Positions 43,323-51,430 of a stretch of 53,278 bases of DNA are shown here, piece after piece. The DNA lies in the NCBI GenBank assembly GCA_041483895.1, contig JBGPGO010000021.1, forward strand, positions 1 through 53,278, written 5' to 3'. The notes below the pieces were generated by a model. The model was given only the letters and a program-made list of their open reading frames with translations, was not told the origin of the DNA and did not search any database. This stretch comes from Fimbriimonadia bacterium (GTDB taxonomy: Bacteria > Armatimonadota > Fimbriimonadia > Fimbriimonadales > JABRVX01). The translations under genes and the position numbers were made by a program. Every line of letters begins with the position of its first letter. Position 1 is the first letter of the stretch.

Positions 43323-44237
43323 ATGAAAAACATCATTGTTATAACAGCCGCCATATTAACCGCGATTTCCTATGCCGAAACGGACCAGGGAGTCGTCTAT
43401 GGCACCGATTACAGCGCTATCATCGGCAAATCGGACATCGTAGGGGTTGATCTTTGGGTCGCCGGCACCGAATCGGGAGTATTGTTCGATCGTTTCAACT
43501 ATGTCGATAAAGGCCCGACGCTCGCCATCGTCGCGACGATTACTGGCACTCGTGGTATCTCGTTCAAAGGCTACGTCGAGCCGTTTTTTGGCAAGGTGGC
43601 GGATATCTGGTTCGAAGGTCTGTTCGGCAACTATCCCGGAACCGGAAAGCCCGCGATCGTGCATTTTCGCACGACGGATCCTCCCGGTTCCAGCATGGTT
43701 AAGTCGTACATGACGATTGACGTTTATCAACCCGGCAACCTCAGCACACCGTACTACAGCCGATTTCTTATCGGAAACAATATCTTGAATGTGCTGATTC
43801 CCATCAATGCCGGGGGTATGGCGGGCGCCGAAATTCCGAGCTCAACCGGATGGGCTTATAGTCTTCCATACAAGGGATATACGAACCGTTACGAGCCTGT
43901 GCAGGCCTATTACAAGGTCTATTCGAACGGAATTCTTGATTTTGAATACTCCTCGTCGGCAATCGGTTTCATGAGTAAGCGGCTGCGGTCGTTCAAGTGT
44001 ACGAATTCGGGCTTCTTTGGAAAGCAGGCGGAGTTCTGGCTGGACGGTTATTCCGGCCCGGCGGCAACCTGCGCGTTCACGCCGCAGGTCGCACGGGTTA
44101 TCGTCACGCAATCTTCCGGGCCGCTGCATTACGACTTTATGTACATCGCGTTCTATGATCCGTACAACCTAACGACACCGGTTTACGAGAGATTTATCAA
44201 CGGCGACGCGGGACAGAACCACATTTTGTGCAAGTAG
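43323..44237 (+). CDS. Secreted CK-terminal array paralog P9
   Basis: ATG 43323 (MKNIIVIT), ends GQNHILCK. Confidence 0.9.
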   Translation: MKNIIVITAAILTAISYAETDQGVVYGTDYSAIIGKSDIVGVDLWVAGTESGVLFDRFNYVDKGPTLAIVATITGTRGISFKGYVEPFFGKVADIWFEGLFGNYPGTGKPAIVHFRTTDPPGSSMVKSYMTIDVYQPGNLSTPYYSRFLIGNNILNVLIPINAGGMAGAEIPSSTGWAYSLPYKGYTNRYEPVQAYYKVYSNGILDFEYSSSAIGFMSKRLRSFKCTNSGFFGKQAEFWLDGYSGPAATCAFTPQVARVIVTQSSGPLHYDFMYIAFYDPYNLTTPVYERFINGDAGQNHILCK

Positions 44238-44265
44238 CCGGCACAATCGGAATTAAGGAGTGATT

Positions 44266-45189
44266 ATGATGAAACTAATTCTATCAGTTTGCGGCCTGCT
44301 CGCCCTGACGATCGCGCAAGCGGAAACGAACGTTGGCATCGTCTACGGTCATGACGGTGACACGACAACGAACCATGGCACGAATACCCTCTACACCATC
44401 TGGGCGGCAGGAACGGAAGCCGGGCCGTTCCTCGGTTACTTCGATTTTGTCGAATTTCCGCTGCCTCCTGGGCTGGCTACCACCCCCACCTTTCATGCGA
44501 CGAGAATTCTCTCATTCACCGGGTATCGAGAGATATTATTCGGGAAAGTGGCCGACATGTGGTTTGAAGGGCTCTTCGACGGAGACTCCCGCGGAGGCAG
44601 CCGCGTTATCGCGCGGTTTCGCCTGACTGATCCGGACTATCCCGTCGAATCTCTCAGCTTATTTACGCTGGACATCTATTCCCCGAATAACATGACGACT
44701 CCGATATACAGTCGGCTCGGAGTGGCCAATGATGGCGTTAGCATCATGATTCGCGATGATGCCGGCTGGCTAAACGGCGGCTCCAATGCAAGCAGCAACG
44801 GGATGGCTTGGTCCACCGGGATAACGATGACCACGAATCGATTCGATACAGCCACGGCTTGCTATCGGGTGACATCGAACGGCATCGTTGACTTCAACTA
44901 CAAGGATCCGCATATCGCGTTTCGGGGCGCTCGCCTGAAGTCCTTCCAGTGCTGCAACAATGGGTTTGCGGGAAAAGAGGCTGACATTTGGCTAACCGGA
45001 TACTCTGGATCATGCCCCTCGGCAACCTATACGCCTCGTGTCGCGCACATCATTATCACGGCCTCAGCGAGCGCCGTGGGATTGGAGTTTATCTATATCG
45101 CCCTCTACGATCCGGTCAACCTTTCGACGCCGGTCTACGAGCGGCTTGGATATCGTCAGGTCGGCGGAAACAATGTTTTGTGCAAGTAG
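44266..45189 (+). CDS. Secreted CK-terminal array paralog P10
   Basis: TAAGGAG RBS, signal peptide, ends GGNNVLCK. Confidence 0.9.
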   Translation: MMKLILSVCGLLALTIAQAETNVGIVYGHDGDTTTNHGTNTLYTIWAAGTEAGPFLGYFDFVEFPLPPGLATTPTFHATRILSFTGYREILFGKVADMWFEGLFDGDSRGGSRVIARFRLTDPDYPVESLSLFTLDIYSPNNMTTPIYSRLGVANDGVSIMIRDDAGWLNGGSNASSNGMAWSTGITMTTNRFDTATACYRVTSNGIVDFNYKDPHIAFRGARLKSFQCCNNGFAGKEADIWLTGYSGSCPSATYTPRVAHIIITASASAVGLEFIYIALYDPVNLSTPVYERLGYRQVGGNNVLCK

Positions 45190-45237
45190 ACGGTTGTTGG
45201 TAGCAAGCCACAGACAAATTGGAAAAGAAGGGACGAC

Positions 45238-46161
45238 GTGAAACGAATAGTTTTATTACTGGTCGCAGCGTGCTGCTCGGCGGCTCACTGCTTCGGCGAA
45301 ACCAAAGTCGGCCTCGCTTATGGGATCGACGATTCGTTGCTGACGGATCATCAAACATTTGCCAATGCCAACTTATGGGTGGCGGGAACAGCCGCCGGTC
45401 CGCTGTTTGGTCACTTTTCCTACACCGACGATACGGGAGGCGCGCCGACCTGGCAATTTATCGCCCAGAGCGCCCGATCGTTCACGGGTTACATCGATCC
45501 GCTGTTCGGAAGAGTGGCGGATGTGTGGTTGGACGGTTTCACGAACAACACCTTCGGAAATCCCTTCGGCAGTCCAACTGTTGCGCACGTCCGTATCTCC
45601 GATCCAAGTTCAGGAATCGGCCAAATGCGTGGATTGTTTCTCATCGAGCTATTTGACCCCCATAACTTAACGGCTCCGTTCAGGACTGTTCTGGCAATCA
45701 CGGAAGACCAGGTAACGATTCTTCTCAAAGATGACGCAGGCGCTCAGACCGGTGCTAAGATCAGTCAGAACGGATTCGCATATAGTACTTATTTTCAAGG
45801 CGGCACCGATCGCGGAGAGAAGTCTATCGGGAACTTCCGTGTGTATTCGAACGGCATTGTCGATTTTCACATCAATGATGGACCTGCCGGATTCCGGGGA
45901 ACGCGCCTCAAGTCATTCAACTGCACGAACACCGCATTTGTCGGAAAGGTCGCGGAGTTTTGGCTGGACGGATATTGCGGTCCGACGGAAGACAATGCTC
46001 ACACGCCGAAGACTGCTCATATTGTCGTCACGGATCCGGGCAACTTCGTCGGTATCAGTTTCGTCTATCTTGCGCTCTATGATCCTGGACATCTTGACCA
46101 CCCGACATTCGAACGTCTGGCATTTGTTCGCGCTGGGTTTATACATGTCATGTGCAAATGA
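45238..46161 (+). CDS. Secreted CK-terminal array paralog P11
   Basis: GTG start, signal peptide, ends GFIHVMCK. Confidence 0.9.
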   Translation: MKRIVLLLVAACCSAAHCFGETKVGLAYGIDDSLLTDHQTFANANLWVAGTAAGPLFGHFSYTDDTGGAPTWQFIAQSARSFTGYIDPLFGRVADVWLDGFTNNTFGNPFGSPTVAHVRISDPSSGIGQMRGLFLIELFDPHNLTAPFRTVLAITEDQVTILLKDDAGAQTGAKISQNGFAYSTYFQGGTDRGEKSIGNFRVYSNGIVDFHINDGPAGFRGTRLKSFNCTNTAFVGKVAEFWLDGYCGPTEDNAHTPKTAHIVVTDPGNFVGISFVYLALYDPGHLDHPTFERLAFVRAGFIHVMCK

Positions 46162-46258
46162 GAGGCCGATTGGCGGGCATTTCGGGCCACCGACTTCGAT
46201 CCGCCGGCCGGAACTGAATTTCGATCGGTCAGGGAAGAACAAAATCTTTTGCAAGTAG
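46162..46258 (+). pseudogene. Relic 3' end of a 14th array paralog
   Basis: The spacer ends with the frame ...DRSGKNKIFCK* (TAG ending at 46258), matching the family C-terminus. Confidence 0.7.
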
Positions 46259-46266
46259 GTGAACAA

Positions 46267-47190
46267 ATGTTACGCAAAATCTTGGCTGTAGTTTGCATCG
46301 CGCTTGCTTCCGTCGTAAGCGCAGAAACTCACGTCGGCATCGCATACCGCCCCGGTAGCGAAGGAGTGCGAACGAACAGAGGGTTTATGCTACTCAGCTT
46401 CTGGGTAGCGGGTACGGACGCGGGTCCGTTGTTGGGCAACTTTTCCTATACGTCCCAACCTGCCGACGATCTGGTCGCAACGACATTATTTGTTGCCACG
46501 CGCATCCGGTCATTCACCGGCTATCACATGCCGATATTCGGCAAAGTCGTGGATATCTGGTTGGAAGGCCTGCACGGAGCATACAACATGCCAGGCAGGC
46601 CCGTGGTTGCGCATTTCCGAATGAGCGATCCAGGCGAGAATTCAGGAGAGTTCGCATTCTTTACGATGGACATCTATTTGCCGGGTGACCTGTCCAAGTC
46701 GGTTCTCAGCGAATACGGCGTCGCATTCCCCAGCACCCGCGTTCTCATTGCGGACGATGCGGGCTTGCAGGCGGGCGGCCAATGGGGCAGCAACACAGGG
46801 CTGGCCTATACAAACGGCACCTACGTCGTTTCCGTGTCTCATTCAGAGATCGCGGCAACGCAATATCGTGTCTTTTCAAACGGCATTTTGGACTTTCTCT
46901 ATGAGGACAAACACATCGGTTTCATCGGCAAGCGGCTCAAGTCATTCCAGTGCGCCAATAAGACCTTCTTCGGCAGGGCGGCGGAGTTTTGGATGGACGG
47001 CTGCATCGGACCAAACACAAAGACAGCCCATACCCCCGTGGTCGCGCGCGTCTTCGTAACCGACTCCTCGGAAGTGCCGGGTCTGGAGTTCCTGCTGATC
47101 AGCATCTTCGACCCGATCGATCTGACGAAGCCGGTATATCAGCAGTTCGGGGTTCGGACGAAGGGGGACAATCGCATTTTGTGCAAATGA
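46267..47190 (+). CDS. Secreted CK-terminal array paralog P12
   Basis: ATG 46267 (MLRKILAVV), ends GDNRILCK. Confidence 0.9.
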   Translation: MLRKILAVVCIALASVVSAETHVGIAYRPGSEGVRTNRGFMLLSFWVAGTDAGPLLGNFSYTSQPADDLVATTLFVATRIRSFTGYHMPIFGKVVDIWLEGLHGAYNMPGRPVVAHFRMSDPGENSGEFAFFTMDIYLPGDLSKSVLSEYGVAFPSTRVLIADDAGLQAGGQWGSNTGLAYTNGTYVVSVSHSEIAATQYRVFSNGILDFLYEDKHIGFIGKRLKSFQCANKTFFGRAAEFWMDGCIGPNTKTAHTPVVARVFVTDSSEVPGLEFLLISIFDPIDLTKPVYQQFGVRTKGDNRILCK

Positions 47191-47250
47191 GCCCGTCCCT
47201 GAATCAGATATGATTAGATAATTGTTGGAACTTGAAAGGAGTTGTCAACT

Positions 47251-48177
47251 ATGTGGAAGACGATACTTGTCGCGTTATTTGCTGTGGCCCTCTTCGGTTC
47301 TCGCGCGCCAGCAGAATCCACCCAAGGCGTTGCGTATGGCAGTGACGCCAATATGGTCTCCGATCATCAGCAGATCGCGGGAGTGGAGCTATGGGTGGCT
47401 GGTACCCCCAGCGGTGTTTTCTTCGAAAACTTCCAATACATCGAGGGCTCGAACAGTTCTGGGTATGTGAATTTCACGGGTTACAGGGGCATTTCTTTTC
47501 GCTGCTACCGTGAACCGATTCTCGGCAAAGTCGCCGATTCTTGGTTGGAAGGTCTGTTCGGGACCCAAATCACGACGGGCGGCCGCCCGGCAATCGCGCA
47601 TTTTCGTATGACGGACCCTGTGGGTGCCGGTAGCAAAATTACGTTTTGCTCGATTGAAATCTATCTTCCGGGGGATCTGACTACGCCAATCTTTTCCCGC
47701 CTTTGCAGTGCGAGTAATTTCTTGCATGTGCTTTGTGACGGTGATCCAGGGCCTATGACTGGCGGATCGGGTTGGAGTTCGAATGGCCTTGCGTATTCCA
47801 ACAACTTTTCCGGTAGAACCACTCGGGACGAACCTGCGGATGCCGTTTACCGCGTCTATTCGAATGGGATCATAAGCTTTGCGTATGGCTGCAAAGGGAT
47901 TGGGTTCGTAGCCAGTAGACTGCGGAGTTTCATGTGCACAAAGACAGGATTCCTTGGCAGAGAGGCGGAGTTTTGGATGGATGGGTATACGGGACCCACT
48001 CCGAAGGTCGCTAGGACGCCGGCTGTGGCTCATGTTTTGGTAAACGCTAACTTCTCTGATCTCATTGGATTCGACTTCATGTTCATCGAGTTCTATGAAC
48101 CGCGGAACCTAATGAAACCGATCTATCAGAGATTGATTATCGCGCCGCCGGCTTCCAATCACATCATGTGCAAGTAG
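47251..48177 (+). CDS. Secreted CK-terminal array paralog P13
   Basis: AAGGAG RBS, ATG 47251, ends ASNHIMCK; extra Cys pair in repeat 1. Confidence 0.9.
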   Translation: MWKTILVALFAVALFGSRAPAESTQGVAYGSDANMVSDHQQIAGVELWVAGTPSGVFFENFQYIEGSNSSGYVNFTGYRGISFRCYREPILGKVADSWLEGLFGTQITTGGRPAIAHFRMTDPVGAGSKITFCSIEIYLPGDLTTPIFSRLCSASNFLHVLCDGDPGPMTGGSGWSSNGLAYSNNFSGRTTRDEPADAVYRVYSNGIISFAYGCKGIGFVASRLRSFMCTKTGFLGREAEFWMDGYTGPTPKVARTPAVAHVLVNANFSDLIGFDFMFIEFYEPRNLMKPIYQRLIIAPPASNHIMCK

Positions 48178-48255
48178 CAACGGAATTAGTACTCTGAACG
48201 AGCAACCCGATGGATCCGCTTTCCATTGCGTCTCCTCATCGGGTTCAATTGCTGC

Positions 48256-49359
48256 GTGGACTACACGATTGACCATGTGCGCGCGTTTCGGTTCCAACGC
48301 CACCATTTGACTCAGCCGGCCAACGGTATCTCAATTGCCGAACTGGTTCATAGCATCTGCGGCTGCCAGGCGCAGGTGTTGAGCGCGGCGGAGCTGCAGA
48401 TCCGGGCCCGGATGCCGCAGGTGACGCGGGAGCGGATTCGTACGGCGCTGGCTGTGGACCGATCCATTGTGAAGACCTGGTGCATGCGGGGGACTGTTCA
48501 TCTCTTGCCAGCTAAACAGTTGGGCATCTATCTCGCCGGACGCCGCGAGGCGGGTCTGCAGCGTAATGCCGGATGGCTGAAGAAGATGGGCTATGAAAAG
48601 ACGTGGTTCGATGATGTGGTGGCGCAGATCCGCTCTGCATTGGCAAATGGTCCGATGACGCGGCGGGAGATTGCCGGGCTCGTTTCGCCGAATCTGCGCG
48701 ATCTGATCGTCCATTCGTGGGGCGCAGGCATTCAGTTGGCGACGGCGGCAGGCGCGGTGGTCTTTGCCCCAGGGGAGACGAAAGATGTGCGTTTTGTTCG
48801 CATGGACCATTGGCTGCCAGGCTACTCCGATCCGCCCGAAGAGGAGGCGCAAAACGAACTGTTGCGTGGCTATTTGCAAACGTACGGTCCCGCGTCGCTC
48901 GGTGATTTCGCGATTTGGCTTGGCGGGACGGTCGGTCTCGGCCGAAAGATGCTGAATCGGATCGCTGACGAAGTGATCGAGATAGAGGTCGGCTCGCAGC
49001 GCCTGCTGCTGTTGAAAAAGGATTTGAAAACGCTCGTGACAGTGGCTCCGCCGACCGGCGTGAAACTGCTGCCCAACTTCGATCCGGTCCTGTTGGGGCA
49101 CAAGGATCGTTCTCATTTGGTGCCAAGAAAACATCATGCGCAGGTGTTTCGCGTGGCCGGCTGGATATCACCCACGATTCTTCTCGATGGCCGGGTTATC
49201 GGGACGTGGGGTTGGAAGAAGAAAGGGAAGGGGATCGAGATCGGACTCGAACCGTTCGGTCGGCTGCCAAGAGAGGCGAAAGTTGGCATTGAAAAGGAGG
49301 TTGCCGACATTGGGCGGTTTTTCGACCAGCCCGCAATCAAGCGAGATCGCACTCGCTAG
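48256..49359 (+). CDS. AlkZ-like (HTH_42) winged-helix DNA glycosylase
   Basis: QAQ catalytic motif, W.MRGT.H, YL..YGPAS..DF..W.G, LLP.FDP.LLG.KDR and G.V.G.W. GTG start inferred. Confidence 0.85.
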   Translation: MDYTIDHVRAFRFQRHHLTQPANGISIAELVHSICGCQAQVLSAAELQIRARMPQVTRERIRTALAVDRSIVKTWCMRGTVHLLPAKQLGIYLAGRREAGLQRNAGWLKKMGYEKTWFDDVVAQIRSALANGPMTRREIAGLVSPNLRDLIVHSWGAGIQLATAAGAVVFAPGETKDVRFVRMDHWLPGYSDPPEEEAQNELLRGYLQTYGPASLGDFAIWLGGTVGLGRKMLNRIADEVIEIEVGSQRLLLLKKDLKTLVTVAPPTGVKLLPNFDPVLLGHKDRSHLVPRKHHAQVFRVAGWISPTILLDGRVIGTWGWKKKGKGIEIGLEPFGRLPREAKVGIEKEVADIGRFFDQPAIKRDRTR

Positions 49360-49799
49360 GCATCCGCATAACTCATCCAAATCTCAGAAATGACCCAGCG
49401 GCCTTTGAAATATCGAAATACAAAACGGAAGAGATCCATCTTGTTCTGCGAGGATGGTGGCGGTACGTCGACATAAATTGTCCCGGGCTTTTCCATGCTG
49501 ACAATTTTGAAATCAGTTCCCATCGACCCAAACTCTGATATCGGGCCCTTATTCTTGTAGTGTGCCGCGAGAAGTTTCCTAGCTGTCCAGCGTTTCTCGG
49601 AATCAATTTTGTTCGTGTGAGAAATCACGTCAACAACGCTTACTGTCGCCCCGGGGGATCGATCGAAATATTTGTCAATGGCGTGCTTGTTTTTGCTACG
49701 CGTGGCCACTAGAAAAGCTTCAGCAGTTTTGCGTGGAAGATTTGGCTGCTTCGCAGGCGCGATTTGCAGCGCCGAAGCGGCGCCAGCAAAAACCAACAC
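49356..49799 (-). CDS. Hypothetical exported protein (true start may be 49833 with a frameshift)
   Basis: 147-aa ORF beginning in the middle of an apparent signal peptide. Confidence 0.55.
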   Translation of the reverse strand: MLVFAGAASALQIAPAKQPNLPRKTAEAFLVATRSKNKHAIDKYFDRSPGATVSVVDVISHTNKIDSEKRWTARKLLAAHYKNKGPISEFGSMGTDFKIVSMEKPGTIYVDVPPPSSQNKMDLFRFVFRYFKGRWVISEIWMSYADA

Positions 49800-49862
49800 G
49801 GTTGCTATGGCGAAAAAACGCTCGCTGGTTCATGAAAGGAGTCTACCGCCACGTCTGGGGCT

Positions 49863-51026
49863 TCAGGCCACTACCAGCTTCTCTTCCGACTGCTCCTTGT
49901 CCATGACCGCCTTCAGCGAGGTCAGCGCAACCTCCACCTGCTGGGCGTTCGGCTCGCGCGTAGTCAATAGCTGCGTCGCCAGGCCGGGCCAAAACGCCAG
50001 CTTCGTGAAAAAACTCGCCCGGAACTTGCCCGCAAACCGAATGCACTCATACGCGATCCCCGCAATCGGAAACAGCAGCGCGATATGCAGCGGAATGCGG
50101 ATATATGTCGGCGGCCTGGGTATGAAGGCGAACACAACGATGCTGATAAGAAAAACGATGATGACGAAGCTGGTGCCGCACCTCGGATGCAGCCGCGTCT
50201 GCGCCGAGCAGTTCTGGAGCGTCAGGTCCTTGCCGGCCTCCAGCGTGTTGATCGCCTTGTGCTCCGCGCCATGATATTGGAATACGCGAAAAATCTCCCG
50301 GTTTTGTCCAATGAGCGCGACGTAATCCAAAAAGATGAACAGCCGCAAACAACCGTCGAGCACATTAAGCTTCATGCTGGGCCATAAGTAGGGATCCCCG
50401 CGAAAAGCGTCCACAGCGGTCGTGGGGATGACGACAAAAACCATAACGCCGAACAGCAGCCCAAACGCCATCGCCCCGATGAACGCCGTGTCGTTGATGC
50501 TGCTGCCCTGCTTCTTGGAGTTCCTCGCCGATGCCTGCAGCGCAAGGACAATGAGGACAATGACCGAGGCGATAAGAGTGAGGCCCTTCGGTGACCGGAT
50601 CCAATTCCAGACATCAGCGGCCCTGTCCACCAGCAGACCGCCAACCACCGGAACGAGGAACCAGGCAACCACCGCGTTGATGGCAAGGAAAATCGGCCAA
50701 AAAATCCATCGTTCCCTCGTCCGATTCACCCGCTCGTCCTTCGACGGCCCCTCGCCCTGCTTCTCCTCATCGAGCTGAAGGTTGGAGGCAAACTGCAGCG
50801 CCTTGATGCCGAGCGCCATCGCATCCAGCAGCGCGAGCGATCCCCGCAAAAACGGCTTCTTCAGCCAGGTCTGCCGTCCGATCCAGGTCTTTTCGATCGG
50901 CTCGGCCTGGCACACGATCTCCTGATTCGGCGCGCGGCAGGCGACAGCGAAAAATCGAGGGCTTCGCATCATGACGCCCTCGATTACCGCTTGACCACCG
51001 TACTGAAGGTATTCGCCCTTCGGCAT
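49863..51026 (-). CDS. DUF1385 (YqhQ-like) membrane protein
   Basis: GGQAVIEGVMMR, PFLRG, FQYHGAEHK.I, HPRCGTSF and Q.LTTREP; lies downstream of rpmE. Confidence 0.9.
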   Translation of the reverse strand: MPKGEYLQYGGQAVIEGVMMRSPRFFAVACRAPNQEIVCQAEPIEKTWIGRQTWLKKPFLRGSLALLDAMALGIKALQFASNLQLDEEKQGEGPSKDERVNRTRERWIFWPIFLAINAVVAWFLVPVVGGLLVDRAADVWNWIRSPKGLTLIASVIVLIVLALQASARNSKKQGSSINDTAFIGAMAFGLLFGVMVFVVIPTTAVDAFRGDPYLWPSMKLNVLDGCLRLFIFLDYVALIGQNREIFRVFQYHGAEHKAINTLEAGKDLTLQNCSAQTRLHPRCGTSFVIIVFLISIVVFAFIPRPPTYIRIPLHIALLFPIAGIAYECIRFAGKFRASFFTKLAFWPGLATQLLTTREPNAQQVEVALTSLKAVMDKEQSEEKLVVA

Positions 51027-51085
51027 CTAAAAACGTGGGCCCCGGTTGTTGGTCATAGAAAGGGTTGTTGTTATCCGGCCCACGG

Positions 51086-51298
51086 CTACTGTGGCTTGCC
51101 GGCCTTTTTGTACTTCTGCATGAATTTCTCGACGCGGCCTTCCGTATCGACCAGCTTCTGCTTGCCGGTGAAGTAGGGATGGCACTCCGAGCAGATTTCG
51201 ATATTTACGTTCGGCTGATTGGAAATCGTCTGGAAAGTATTGCCGCAACCACAGGTAACGGTTGCCATCATCATCTTCGGGTGTATGTTCGCTTTCAT
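51086..51298 (-). CDS. rpmE: 50S ribosomal protein L31 (Zn-binding type)
   Basis: MKANIHP..., CGCGN, CSECHPYFTGKQK..D..GRVEKF; GAGGA RBS. Confidence 0.97.
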   Translation of the reverse strand: MKANIHPKMMMATVTCGCGNTFQTISNQPNVNIEICSECHPYFTGKQKLVDTEGRVEKFMQKYKKAGKPQ

Positions 51299-51430
51299 TT
51301 CTAATCGTTCCTCGCTGAATTGGACACTCATTATACCTATACGACAGCCCAAACCTCATCCTCAGCATGGTCCCGGAACCCGGTAGGATGGGGGTTCGCA
51401 CGGCCCGCTCCCGACTGGTATGCTGAATGT

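Noticed and set aside
35335..48177. Array as an integron, CRISPR, DGR or shufflon
   Set aside because: I saw no attC-like sites, integrase, reverse transcriptase, invertase, inverted members or regular repeat-spacer units; the spacers are short and mostly unrelated.
51355..51430. Possible ncRNA or riboswitch between rpmE and rocD (tcagcat...atgctga)
   Set aside because: Only a 7-bp inverted repeat and no recognisable SRP, tRNA or riboswitch motif; needs an Rfam scan.
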